This document shows, one piece after another, positions 46,077 to 59,154 of a DNA stretch of 64,000 nt. This DNA comes from the human T2T-CHM13v2.0 reference genome, Homo sapiens. How positions within the stretch are numbered: the first letter of the stretch is position 1; each line of letters starts with the position of its first letter. Where the stretch lies: assembly GCF_009914755.1 (NCBI RefSeq), contig NC_060934.1. One strand, given 5' to 3'. The translations under genes and the position numbers were made by a program. Under the pieces are notes generated by a model. That model was not told the DNA's origin. It was given only the letters and a program-made list of their open reading frames with translations, and did not search any database.

Positions 46077-46772
46077 CATGAGCAAGAGAGCGGGAAGCTC
46101 CTGGAGGGTAGAGATATCTTCTTTCTTAACTCTTAGTAAAAAAAATAATAAAAACTTTTCACGCACTTGATGAACTTAAATTCCCACAAACATCCTTAAT
46201 TTGTGTATTTTGTTAAGTTTTCAAAAACATAGCTTTGATTAGTTTACCTTCCCATATGCCCAAATTCTGCTAATATGACTCCACTCCCCACATACTCCTA
46301 ATTCAAGGGTATTCACAATCTGGCCCAAATCGCCTTAATAGGTTCATCTCTCCTTCTTCTTCCTTACAAATTCCACACTCCTTTCTAACCAGCCTTGCCA
46401 CTGCTCCTCATCAGTGCCCTGACCTCTATGCATTCTCACATAGCATTTCTTTTCCTGAATCCCCATCCCACTTCAATCTCAACTTTTAGAGACATTCATT
46501 TCCCTATGAAGGTTTTCATGATTAACTTCCATTTTCATCCTATATCTTTTTCATCTTATGTCTTCTTTGAGGTCCCGCAGTACTTTACATGTTCTTGATA
46601 CTGGTATCACATGTGAGCTTTTTAAAATAAGTATTAATCTATTGCCTTGGACCCAAATTAAACTGCAAGAACCCTGAAGGAGGATTATGACTTGAATAAC
46701 TCTTTATGCCCTGCAATGTCAGTCTCAGTGCCTTATACATCATCAATATGCAACATATACTTTTGAATAAAC

Positions 46773-47484
46773 TGTACCAGAGAAATAAAAAATGAACTCC
46801 TAAGCCCACCATCCAATTGACCATACCCGCTCTTGGCCAAGGGGATGCCAGAGAAATCTTGGAAGCTGAGTTCCTGGCCATGACGGGATGGGAGGTTAGA
46901 TACACCTAGATACATGCCCTCTCTCAGACAACAGCCATTAGGCTTTCTTCCCTAAGGGTTAAACAAAAGCCTTTTGGAAAGACCCCACTACTGATAGCAA
47001 CCAAGTGCCTGACACTACCCCTCCTTTTTGTGGGTTTCCACAAAACAACTGACGAGCATTCCTTCCTAATAAGAGACCACCAACCTACCAAAGTGGTTCT
47101 GGCCAGTATATGGAGGATGTGCAGAGGTTTTTGTGTCCTCTGATTTCAGAGGGCTGAAAATTCTACCCTCATATCAGGCTAACAGCATTGTTTTTTCAAC
47201 ATGGATTCCATGGAGAGGCATAAAGCTCAGTTGGGCATATTCAGGTTTCCCCTCTCATAAATATTCATGAATTATCCTTTGGCTTATTAAATATGTATAT
47301 TCAACCACCCCACTCAGCATAAATACCTGTTCCCTTTTTATCTCCCTTGAGTATATGTTTCTGATTTCGAGCTAGAGCCTACGTTTCCCAGCCTGTCAGA
47401 ATGGCCACCCTGCAAGCTGCAACGCTTTATGGAAAATAAAGCTATTCTTTCCAAATTTATGAACCTCCCACTCTTCGATTGACA
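46773..47484 (+). mobile_element. ERV1 solo LTR (MER39-like)
   Basis: 'ctcttggccaaggggatgccagagaaatcttggaagctgagttcctggccatgacgggatgggagg'; AATAAA near 47435; ends ttgaca. Confidence 0.8.
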
Positions 47485-47844
47485 TGTCCAATTTAAAAAT
47501 AGGAATGAGTGACTGCAATCCATTGTACATGCAAATTATAAAACTATAATGAAATATGTTTTTCATCTACTTTATTGGCAAAGACAAATCATGATCACAT
47601 AAGTACATGCTGACAAATATCTAAGGAAACATTATTATACTTTGATGGAAGAAATACAAATTAGTACAATTTTTAGTTTGAATAATTTGGCAATATCTGT
47701 CAAAATGGCAAATCCATATAGCCTTTGATCTAGCAATTGCTTTTAAAGTGTTTAGCTTACAATTATACTACTACATGTTAAAAGTTAGAAACAATGCAAA
47801 TGTTCACAGAAGCAGCTGCGGTAAATAAATTATGGTGCATCTAC

Positions 47845-48091
<247 letters not shown>

Positions 48092-48121
48092 TTATGGTGC
48101 ATCTTTATCATGGAATGCTAT

Positions 48122-48736
48122 CGCAGGGGCCAAGGTCCTTGGATCCCTGGAAGTCTGCTGAAAAATCACTGACATGAGGCAGATTGATTAATAGGAGAAA
48201 AGACATACAAATTTATTTAACGTATATACACAGAAGCCTTCAAAATGAAGACCCAACCCCTGAATTAGGTACTAAAGCTAACATATCATTTTAAGATTAC
48301 AAAAAGAATGAAGGCCTTGGATCCTGGTAAAACAGGTTATGTTGTGGTGAGAAAATACATTATGTTGACGGGCAATATATGATTACTAGGGAGAATGAAT
48401 TAACGGGGAACAGAGATTAACTGGCAAATAGTTTGCTTTGGAATTTGAGTATGAGAGACAGCTATTATTTTTTAAAAAGGTTTGTTCAGATGTGGTAACA
48501 TTCTTGGTCTTATTTTCTGCAATAGATAGTGAGACAATAGGAAGGGGAGGGAAAAAACCATTGTTCTTTTTGGTGGGTCTGGACTTTGGGCAGAAAAAGG
48601 AACTTCAAGGAATATCTTAATCGTATTCTTTAGAGAGACTGTTGGGGTGAGGAGGAAGGTCTGGGGACCTTGGGGCTTTTTCAGTTCAACATGTCAAAAA
48701 GCCATATTTTGGGGTATCTCTTTCTGAACCACAATA
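48122..48736 (-). mobile_element. ERV1 solo LTR (MER4/MER34 group; subfamily uncertain)
   Basis: 'gctgaaaaatcactgacatgaggcagattgattaataggagaaaagacatacaaatttattt'; ends 'ccatattttggggtatc..tttctgaacc'; 4-bp TSD ctat. Confidence 0.75.
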
Positions 48737-48852
48737 CTATACCACAGTTTTTTAAAAAAGAAAGGAAACAAAGAACAAAAATATTGATGAGAATAAATGA
48801 TGTGTTTGATGAAAGAAGTAAAAAAGAATATGCACAGACTTCTACGTGCATA

Positions 48853-49508
48853 TGTTCCTGGAACAAAGTGAGGGTCAGGCTGCTATTTCTCGTGGCCCAA
48901 TAACAAGATGCAGATGAACTAGGGAGGAAGAGAGTTTTTATTTCTGCAACTAGTTACAGGGAAAAGGCCTGGAAATTATCCCCAGGCCAACTCAAAATTA
49001 CAGCGTTTTCCAGAGCTTATATACCTTCTAAGCTATATGTCTACGTGTAAGTGTGCATTAGTCTAAAGACATAAGTGATTAACTTATTTTAATCTATAAC
49101 TAAGGTCCGAGTCCTAAAGACCTTCTTCTGGAGCCTGAATAAGTTTACTTAATCTAAATGGGTCTAGGTGCTGGGGTAATTACCCGTATCTTTTTTCCTG
49201 CTAAATCACAAAGGTTTGGGGAGTTCCTTTAGATCCCAATAAATTTTGTGGAGCCCTGGGGAGTCTCTTCAGACTCCCAATAAATCTTGTTAAATCCTAA
49301 AAGGATCCTATTAAGAATGTCTTCATTATCTTTTCATGATTCAAGGCCCAGGAAAAGCCTAGGCAAAACTCTTGGTGGGCTCTTTCTTACATTCCAGCCT
49401 TTTATAAGGGCACTGGCTCAATCAGTTTTTAATGTTTAACCTAGCTACTAAGTCAGTGCTGAGACAGTTGTAATGGAGGCCTGTGTTAGTGAGACCTGGC
49501 CTGCCACA
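48853..49508 (-). mobile_element. ERV1 solo LTR (LTR9-like)
   Basis: The reverse complement starts TGTGGCAGGCCAGGTCTCACTAAC; 4-bp TSD cata. Confidence 0.8.
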
Positions 49509-49610
49509 CATACATAAAATATATCTGAAAGGCTGCATAAGAAATCAATAATAATAGTTACCTCTGGAGAGGAACACTGAATTGCTGGAGCAGGGGAATG
49601 GAAGGGAGAT

Positions 49611-49993
49611 TGTATTAGTTCGTTCTCACATTGCTATAAAAAACTATGAGACTGGGAAATGTATAAAGAAAAGAGGTTTAATTGGCTTACAGTTCCACAG
49701 GCTGTACAGGAAGCATGGCTGAGCCAGCCTCGGGAAACTTACAATCAAGGCAGAAGGTGAAGGAGAAGCAGGCATGTCCTACATGGCTGGAGCAGGAGGA
49801 AGAGAGTGCAGGGGAAGGTGCTACACACTTTTGAACAGCCAGATCTTATGAGAACTCACTCAAAATCACAAGAAGAGCAAGGGGGAAATCTGCCCCCCAT
49901 GATCCAATCACCTCCCACCAGGCCACTCCTCCAACACTGGGGATTACAATTCAACATGAGATTTAGGTGGGGACACAAATCCAAACTATATCA
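49611..49993 (-). mobile_element. MST solo LTR
   Basis: tgtattagttcgttctcacattgctataaa ... ggggacacaaatccaaactatatca; TSD gaga(t/a). Confidence 0.92.
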
Positions 49994-50353
49994 GAGAATT
50001 TTTATTTTACATTATTTGATGTCAATTGAATCTTGACCATGAAAGTGTATTATGTATTTAAAAATCATAATTATCATTAATTAAATAATATTTTAAATAA
50101 ACTTCTCATTCTTTGGATCCCATTTTAGAACAATGCGTTCCCAGTGGGACCCCACGGATGTCTGGAGTGCAACACTCCAAAACGCAAGAAAAGAGTGTGC
50201 TGATGAGAATCTGTAAGGGAGTACTCAGATTCCTGGAATGTTCATTGTGGGGATCATCCTCACTAAATTTTTGAAGTTATCAAAAGTTCCTCTTCAGTCA
50301 CCTTCCATCAGAAGAATCAGCAGAAAGCATTGTGCAAGGAGCTCATATCTGAC

Positions 50354-51183
50354 TGTCAATGAAAAGAGTCAAACTGTAAAATATTTGAAGAGATTTATTC
50401 CAAGCCAAATGTGACTGACCATGGCCCGTAACACAGCCCTCAGGAAATCCTAAGAACATGTGCCAAGGTGGTCGGGGTACAGCTTGGTTTTACATATTTT
50501 AGGGAGGCATGAGACACCAATTAAATGCATTTAAGAAATACATTGGTTTGGTTCAGAAAGTCGGGACAACTCAAAGTGGGGGCTTCCAGGATATAGGTAA
50601 ATGTAAACATTTTCTGGTTGACAACTGGTTAAGTTTGTCTAAAGGACTGCGATCCATAGAAAGGAAATGTTCAGGTTAAGATAAAAGACTGTGGAAACCA
50701 AGGTTCTTTTGAAGTCTTAAAAGATTGTGGAAACCAAGGTTCTTTTGAAGTCTTACAATGGCTGCCCTTAGAGACAATACATGACAAATGTTTTCTATTC
50801 AGATATTTAAAAGGTGCTATATTTAGCACCTATTCAGATATTTAAAAGGTGCTCCCAATCTTTTCTGGATTGGGAGGGTCTAGAAGAAAAAGATCTAGTT
50901 GCTTTAATAGAGATTCTTTTCAGATGAATATTTTCCCCCACAAAGAACAGCTTTGCAGGGCCATTTCAAGATAAGGTAGAGAAACATGTCTTGGGGCAAA
51001 ATATTTTGATTTTCTTTCTTGTCTTGTAATATTATGCCAGAGTCAGATTGGAAAGTAAGTCACAATATATAGGGTTAAATAAAATCCATCTGATGAGAAT
51101 TTATGGTTTATAGTGCATGACTCTCCAGACTCCTTAGATAGAAACTTGGGCAAGATAAAAAAAAAATCAGAGCTTAGTCCTCA
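50354..51183 (-). mobile_element. MER4-family ERV1 solo LTR
   Basis: 'gaaaagagtcaaactgtaaaatatttgaagagatttatt...cacagccctcagg..atcctaagaacatgtgcc' ... 'cagagcttagtcctca'; 4-bp TSD tgac. Confidence 0.88.
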
Positions 51184-51477
51184 TGACAGTTGTTCTGGGT
51201 TCCTCAGATCTTAGGCTTTGGCCTCAGTCAGAGATGGCCAGGATTTAACTTAATAATCAGGTGATTGATTCATTTGTCTCTTTTGTATCATAAATAAACA
51301 GAATAAGTGGATTTGGGGATTAGAAGTCATAGAGCTCTGTAGGAATGGAAAAGTTGAGGAGCTCACTTCTTTGGCTGGCTGTGAACTTGGTGAAAAATCT
51401 GCCCAAATTTTGCCTTCTTTCAGGGAAGCGTCCATCAATCCCAAAGCAGCCTGGACCCTGGTCATCTCAGAGAGTCC

Positions 51478-52207
51478 TGTAACTGCCCAATGGGTTCATT
51501 TTGCCTGCTGCCCAGATAGAGCTGCTTTATCAAGACAGGAATTGCAATAGAGAAAGGGTTTAATTCTTGTAGGGTCAACTGAACAGGAAACCACAGTTTT
51601 ATTATTACTCAAATCAGTCTCCCAAAAAATTAGGGGACTGGGGTAGGTTAAAGCTAATTTAGTGGGGAAGGGGCCAAGGAGTGGAAAGCACTGATTGATC
51701 AGCTTGGAGATGAAATCATAGGGAGTTGAAGCTGTCCTCTTGCAGTGAGCTGTTTCCTGGGTGAAGGCCAGAAGACCAAATGAGCCAGTTTATTGATCTG
51801 GGTGGTGCCAGCCAATCCATCAAGTGCAGGATTTGAAAAATATCTCAAGCACTAATCTTGGGTTTTACAATAGTGATGTTATCCCTTGGGGGAATTGGGG
51901 AGGTTTAGAATCTTGTGGCCTCTAGCTGAATTACATCTGATCCATAATTTATAATCTTGTGGCTAATACTTAGCTCTACAAAGGCAATCTTTTCCCCAGG
52001 CAAGAAGGATGTTTGGTTTGGGAAAGGGCTGTTATCATCTTAGTTTCAAAGTTAAACTATAAACTAAGTTCCTCCCATGGTTAGTTCAGCCTTTGCCCAG
52101 GAATAAACAAGGACAGTTTGGAGGTTAGAAGCAAAATGGATTGATTAGGTCAGGTCTCTTTCACTCTCATAATTTACTCACTTATAATTTTTGCAAAGAT
52201 GGTTTCA
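51478..52207 (-). mobile_element. LTR8-family ERV1 solo LTR
   Basis: The reverse complement starts TGAAACCATCTTTGCAAAAATTAT; 'aaacaaggacagtttggaggttagaagcaaaatgga'; TSD gtc(c/t). Confidence 0.88.
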
Positions 52208-53659
52208 GTCTGACTTGAATACATGCATATTACAAGAGTTTTGGTGCAAAACAAAGGCCAAATAATAAGTATAACGGTCAAAAACAAAACGGAAGCAAAA
52301 CAAAAGGAAAGAAAACAATAATAAACCTTCATCAACCATTGAGCTAATCTCACTTTCTGCTCTTTAATCATGAAAGCTCATTTCTAAGAAGGGATAATGA
52401 GGATAATGTCAGTTTCAAAATCATTTGAAATGATACTTTAAAAAATAAAGAAGACAGTTCTTCATTTGAATTGGCCTCAATGAGCTTTAATTACAGCAAT
52501 GTGAGCAACTAAAAAGAGCTAATTAGGAGGTATATCCTTGTTTAGGTACATTCCCATCAATGTGCTTTCACAAATGGTTTTCATTTGAAAAGAGATAATT
52601 TTTTTAAAAAATCTAAATAAGTACTTTATCTTTGTTGATAATGAGTGAACACAAATAGAGGCATTAAATAGCTGAAAAGGTGAAAGTAAATTTATTGAGG
52701 TTTTAAAAAATACAAATCAAATTCTTGTCTGTCTTAGTAGGGTCAGTTTGTTGACACTAATCTGAACTCTTATTAAACAGCTGAAAGATGGTCTCCTGCC
52801 TGACTCCAACAGGGAGATGTTTACAAGCTCTTCAATTTCTATGTAGCAGGGAGGACTGATTTAGTTACGAAGTCCTAGAAGTTGCAAAGAGCTTGCACCA
52901 GATCATATTAACTTTTGGGTGATTACATGTACAAATTCAAATGATCACTTATTTAACTATGCCTGAATTTGAAGCCAGAAGAGCTTGGAGATTTTATCTC
53001 TACATTATCCCAAATTTATCACCTTGGAGATATATCTGGTTTAATTTCATTTTTACCCCAAAAGACCTCAGGCATTTTGGAGGAATGAGAATGATCCATT
53101 TGATATTCAAATCAGTTAATGAATTACACATATAATATAATACTTGCTTACATTTATTGAACAATATGTGTCTGGCTCTGTACTTTGGGTTTTGCATAGA
53201 TTTATTGAATCATTTCAACTTTCCTATGAATATGCATTAATTTCATCTATAACAACATCTTGCCCTATCTTCAAACTAACTCTACTAAAAACACTAAAAA
53301 GTGGCTCATGGGGATAAACCCAAGCAAATCTGAAGAATGTCAGGCTTTGTGCTTTCTTTCTTCATTCACACACAAAAAGTATCAATTTATCCACTATGCC
53401 CTGAATCAGCAATATAGGGTACATCAGTCCTAGGGAGGTGGGGCAAGGGTCATAGTGATTATTTTTTCTGGGTCCCACAGGGTAATTGACTGGACCAGGT
53501 TATTATAATTTGCTCTGGGTCCTGGCCTCATACATACAGCTAGACCTGCTTTGCACAGTACTGCACACACACATCCCAGATTATTAAACCTGATTCTTAA
53601 AGTGGCCCCTGTGCTGCATACCAACCACTTTGGTTGCCCTTGCTGTGCCCTTCTTGCTT

Positions 53660-54860
53660 TTTATTTTGAATTGAATTTTTTACTGAGGTAATGGTAGGTT
53701 CATGTACAGTTTGTGAAAAACAATACAGAGAGAGCCTACGTGGTCTTTACTCAATGTTATAGGTGGAATTGTGTCCCTCCCACCAAGGAGGGACACAATA
53801 GGCTGAAGTCCTAACTACCAGTACCTGGGAACAGGACCTTATTTGGAAACAACAGTCTTTGCAGATTTAATCAATTTAAGATCATTAGCGTGAGCCCTAA
53901 TCTAATGTGACTGGCGCCCCTAAAAGAAGAGAAAAGACACAGAGATAAAAATACACAGAGGGAAGACAGCCCCATGAAGATGGAGGCAGAAATTGGATTT
54001 ATGCTGTCACAAACCAAGGAATGACTGTGGCTACCAGAAGCAGGAAGAGATAAGGAGGTTCCCTCCTTAAGAATCCTTGGAGAGAACATGGCCCTGCTAA
54101 CACTTGATATGAGATTTCTAACTTCCAGAATTGTGAAAAAACAAACGTATGTTGTTTTAAACCACCTAGTTGGTGGTATTTTATTATCACAGCTCTAGGA
54201 AACTAATATGCCCAGTTTTCCCCAATGGTAACATTTTGCAAAACTATAGTATAATATTGCAGACAAGATATTAACCTTAATACAATCCATCTTTCTTATA
54301 TTTGCCAAAGTTTAACTTGGATCTATGTGTATGTTCAGTTCTATACAATTTTGTCAAATGCATAGGTTTGTGTATGGACCACCAAGTCAAGATATTAAAT
54401 AGTTACATCACCAAAAGGATCCTTAGCAAACCCCTTTTAGAACCACCACAACTCTTTTCCATTACCAGGGTGGATAGGGATCCCATCCTTAACCACTGGC
54501 AATCGATAATCTGTTCTCCAGTTCTAAAAATTGTGCCATTTCAAAAATGCCATATCAATGAAATGGTAATCTTTTGAAACTGACTTTTTTTCACTCAGCT
54601 TAAATCCCTGGAGATTCATTAAAGATGTTGTGTATCTGTGTCTGTGAAACCTTGCTGAAAAATTGATAGGAATTACATTAAACCTGCACATTAATTTCAG
54701 AAGAATTAACATCATTACTATGTTGAGTGTTCCAATCTATGGACACAATATCGGCCTTTATTTATTTAGGTCTCCTTTGATTTCTTTTATCAACATTTTG
54801 TAATTTTCACCATGTAGATCATACACATGTTTTGTTACATGTATATTGAAGTCTTTTTTC
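53660..54860 (-). mobile_element. L1MC-type fragments interrupted by MLT1
   Basis: 'aacaatacagagagagcc..ctttac|ccagttttccccaatggtaacattttgcaaaactatagtataatat'; ORF2-like antisense sequence to ~54860. Confidence 0.7.
53755..54210 (+). mobile_element. MLT1 (B/C-like) LTR
   Basis: 'tgttataggtggaattgtgtccc...gaccttatttggaaac..gtctttgcagat' ... 'gctctaggaaactaatat'. Confidence 0.88.
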
Positions 54861-55927
54861 TTCAGAGTCATTGCTAAATTGCAAGCCCAGTTTTGTAGCA
54901 AAAACGGATTCGAGCACAGCATCTTTTCCCAAGGAATTCTTAGATAATAAGAGTGAGGCTTTTGTAGCCTTCTCAATGTGTTAAAATGCATCTGAGCTTG
55001 TCATCAAATATTATACAGTACATTTGTATCTTATAGGAAAATAAGATAAGATAAACATGGAAACCTAGTTAAGACATTTTTGTTGGAATTCTGGACATTT
55101 TAGAAAGCAATATAATCAAACTATGATGTTTCAGCCCCTCATTGCTGAGATAATGCTAAAGAACAAAAGGAGGGAAAAAAAGCAGATGGGCAGAAGGATT
55201 TTTGACCTCTAAAGGCTGAGAATAAGAATACCAACCTATCCAGTCTGTCATCACCCAATAAACTTGATAGGTAGAAGACAATTCAACATCCTTTATCAGC
55301 TCAGTTGCCACATTTGGCTTCAGTTGCAGTTCATGCTGGAATGTAAGCCACACTGGTCCAAAGTAAGAGGAAGGAAGTTTTAACTGGGCTAAAGAAAGTG
55401 ACCAAGCTGAAGGACTGGCCCCTGTAGGTCACTGGGATTCCACAACAGTATAAAAAGATATGATAATCTAAGAAGAGTTTCAGAGATATTCTGATATTCA
55501 TTTAACATTTCATTCAGAAGTGGGATTACAGTGCTCTAATTCAGGTGGGTAGAAGTGCTATGGCTCTGGGTAATTAGCCTATTGCATCAATATGCCAGCC
55601 TGTGGCTGCTAATGAAGGGACAGGATTCACTTCCATAGGAGAGAATGATGGCAAGGACACTGTAGAATGTCAGGGATCTACAGAATCACTTTATTCTCAA
55701 TAGGAAATCAGGTATAGGCCAAAGAAACTCCAGGTGTAACGCAAGAAGCAAAAACTGAATCAACATAAAGGCAAGCAGGGTTTGCAAAGCTTGTGCTGAA
55801 AAAGTATTCAGGAGTCCACACTGCAAAACAGGCACAATTAATGCCAGATCTATGGCAGGCAGGTCAACTCATGATTTGGAGGGCTAAGACTGCTGATGAA
55901 CTCCAGAACCAGGTTAGAACTGACCAA

Positions 55928-57351
55928 GACTTCAAACTATACTACAAGGCTACAGTAACCAAAACGGCATGGTACTGGTACCAAAACAGAGATAGAGACC
56001 AATGGAACAGAACAGAGCCCTCAGAAATAATGCTGCATATCTACAACCATCTGATCTTTGACAAACCTGACAAAAACAAGAAATGGGGAAAGGATTCCCT
56101 ATTTAATAAATGGTGCTGGGAAAACTGGCTAGCCATATGTAGAAAGCTGAAACTGGATCCCTTCCTTACACCTTATACAAAAATTAACTCAAGATGGATT
56201 AAAGACTTACATGTTAGACCTAAAACCATAAAAACCCTAGAAGAAAACCTAGGCAATACCATTCAGGACATAGGCATGGGCAAGGACCTCATGTCTAAAA
56301 CACCAAAAGCAATGGCAACAAAAGCCAAAATTGACAAATGGGATCTAATTAAACTAAAGAGCTTCTGCACAGCAGAAGAAACTACCATCAGAGTGAACAG
56401 GCAACCTACAGAATGGGAGAAAATTTTTGCAATCTACTCATCTGACAAAGGGCTAATATCCAGAATCAACAAAGAACTCAAACAAATTTACAAGAAAAAA
56501 ACAACCAACCCCATCAACAAGTGAGTGAAGGATATGAACAGATACTTCTCAAAAGAAGATATTTATACAGCCAAAAGACACATGAAAAAATGCTCATCAT
56601 CACTGGCCATCAGAGAAATGCAAATCAAAACCACAATGAGATACCATCTCACACCAGTTAGAATGGCAATCATTAAAATGTCAGGAAACAACAGGTGCTG
56701 GAGAGGATGTGGAGAAATAGGAATGGTTTTACACTGTTGGCAGGACTGTAAACTAGTTCAACCATTGTGGAAGTCAGTGTGGCGATTCCTCAGGGATCTA
56801 GAACTAGAAATACCATTTGACCCAGCAATTCCATTACTGGGTATATACCCAAAGGATTATAAATCATGCTGCTATAAAGACACATGCACACGTATGTTTA
56901 TTGCAGCACTATTCACAATAGCAAAGACTTGGAACCAACAAACATGTCCAAGAATGACAGACTGGATTAAGAAAATGTGGCACATATACACCATGGAATA
57001 CTATGCAGCTGTAAAAAATGATGAGTTCATGTCCTTTTTAGGGACATGGATGAAGCTGGAAACTATCACTCTCAGCAAACTATTTCAAAGACAAAAAACC
57101 AAACACCCCATGTTCTCACTCATAGGTGGGAATTGAACAATGAGAACACATGGACACAGGAAGGGGAACATCACATACCGGGGCCTGTTGTGGGGTGGAG
57201 GGAGAGGGGAGGGATAGCATTTGGAGATATACCTAATGTTAAATGATGAGTTACGGAGTGCAGCACACCAACATGGCACATATATACATATGTAACAAAC
57301 CTGCAGGTTGTGCACATGTACCCTAAAACTTAAAGTATATTAAAAAAAAAA
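55928..57351 (+). mobile_element. 5'-truncated L1PA (~L1PA3-5)
   Basis: ORF2 C-terminus ([18 protein letters not shown] ... MFSLIGGN, one internal stop at 56524), 3' UTR and polyA. Confidence 0.96.
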
Positions 57352-57442
57352 CCCACTCAGATTAACAGGAAAAATAAATAGTACCCCACTTTTGGGGAAG
57401 ACAAAGTGTCAAATAATTTGTAGCTATCTTTAACCTACCACA
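57352..57442 (-). mobile_element. Terminal remnant of an MLT1-type LTR
   Basis: 'ccccactttt..ggaag..aagtgtcaaataatttgtagctatctttaacctaccaca' resembles an MLT1 terminus. Confidence 0.5.
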
Positions 57443-58239
57443 CCATTTACCTTATTTTTTTCTCTCTGTATTCTAGATGTTCTCTCTCCCTGATAGCTTC
57501 TGATTATAACTCAGATAGTGCTGACTTTTCACAGGAACTTAATTCCTCATACATGACTCCAAACCCATGTCAAGGGATTCTCTGCATGTAACCTTCAGCT
57601 TGAAATCTACTATTAATTGCCTGCTTCTCTCTTTCCTCAATTCATGTCAATGAGAGTAAGAATGTGATTAGCTCAGATCATCATTTCATGCAAAGCCATG
57701 CATGTCATAGGTAACAAACAATCTATGCATTGGCTACCATTCAATCAAGTGCTTACAATCCAGTATCTGTAGCCAAGGGGGCAGGGTCATAGATATAAAA
57801 TATGACTTTTTGGCTCATCTTTTTTGCATTTTCTGTGAGTGTGGCAATGAAGTGCATGAGTAGAGTTGTTGCAAAGGTTGTAAATGCAGTAGATACCATA
57901 GTTCATTTTCCTAGAATAAATGGAGCACTTAATGGTGCTGAAAATACTTATGTAACTATCCACTGCATCTCGGATTATCAATACATTGAAGACATAACTG
58001 GTTTAATTGCTTCTTTTTTTTTATATATCATTCCAGAAAACTGGATGTGGCTTTCCTATAACATTTTATCTCCCTCTTTTCCCCCGAAAACTGCCCTTAA
58101 AATCCACATAATGCATTTCCTCTGAATAAAAATTGTATCATGATTTTCCCTGGAAGCTGCAGTCTGCAAGTAATTAGTCTGGCCCTATCATGGCAACAGA
58201 AAAGAGGTAGCAATACATATATATGTGTTCCTTCCTGAT

Positions 58240-58698
58240 TTCAAAGATGTTCTTGTTGACCAAACATTAGTCAGGTTTCTAAACCTTCTTTTCAAGTAAG
58301 CTTTGACTTTGGGCTTCAGTGGACATCATCGATGGGCCTGGATCACCCAATTTCAGCAAGAATCCTGTTAAGTCAGTTCAGAAAGAATCCTCCACCCTCC
58401 ATTTCTGATCACTCGATAAAATCAAATTTCTTGTCCCAGACATTCCCCCAGGGGACAGCTGGACCCCCTCCCCCTGCCAGCCTGCCTTCAGCAAGAATCT
58501 CGTCAAGTCAGTTTAACCAGAATCCCCACTTACCCAAATATTTCCTCTTAGTAATTTTCCTTTCAATGACCACACCCTGCTCCTTGACTGTAAATCCTCA
58601 CTTGTCCTTGTTGTATTCAGAATTGAGTCTAGTTCTGTACTTAGGTCTCTTTTCTCCTATTGCAATAGTTCCTGAATAAAATCTGGTTTTATCACTTT
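58240..58698 (+). mobile_element. ERV1 LTR (MER31/MER67-like) ending in an A tract
   Basis: 'ttgaccaaacattagtcagg', two copies of 'agcaagaatc..gt.aagtcagtt..cagaatcc', AATAAA at 58675. Confidence 0.8.
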
Positions 58699-58727
58699 AA
58701 AAAAAAAAAGAAAGAAAGAAAGAAAGA
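58699..58727. repeat. A11-(GAAA)n tract
   Basis: Read directly from the sequence. Confidence 0.9.
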
Positions 58728-58829
58728 GCCTCAAGGCAGAAAGCCCCAGCTTTTTCTTTTAACTGAATGTTTTTGAGGTGGTGGAATCATATCAACTAAG
58801 GTACCCGCACACAGCTCCCCATTACTGAG

Positions 58830-59050
58830 AGTTCAGTCAATATCAGGATGTATATTTTGTGATTCAATCCTCCCAGCAATACTAAGCAGTGAGCACTATT
58901 ATTAATGCTATTTTAACATGAAACAACAGGAGCAAAGGAAAGTTAAGAAATGTGTCCAAGGTCACATAGATGGGAGATCACAGAGCCAAGTTTCCAGTTT
59001 GTACAGCCTGACTAGAGCTTGCACACTTAGCCATTAGGCTATATTTTACT
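58830..59050 (-). mobile_element. MIR fragment
   Basis: 'ttcaatcctcccagcaatact...gttaagaaatgtgtccaaggtcacatag'. Confidence 0.65.
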
Positions 59051-59154
59051 CCATTCCATTTTCTGGGTCACTGGAGTAAAAACCAACCCACCAGCTCCTA
59101 CTGTGACACAAGTGAAACTATCCACTATATCAAATCAGAACCTATTTTGCCCCT

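Noticed and set aside
55793-56524. 243-aa ORF fusing unique sequence to L1 ORF2
   Set aside because: It has a GTG start and reads through by chance into a truncated L1. There is no promoter or splice evidence, and it ends at a premature stop.
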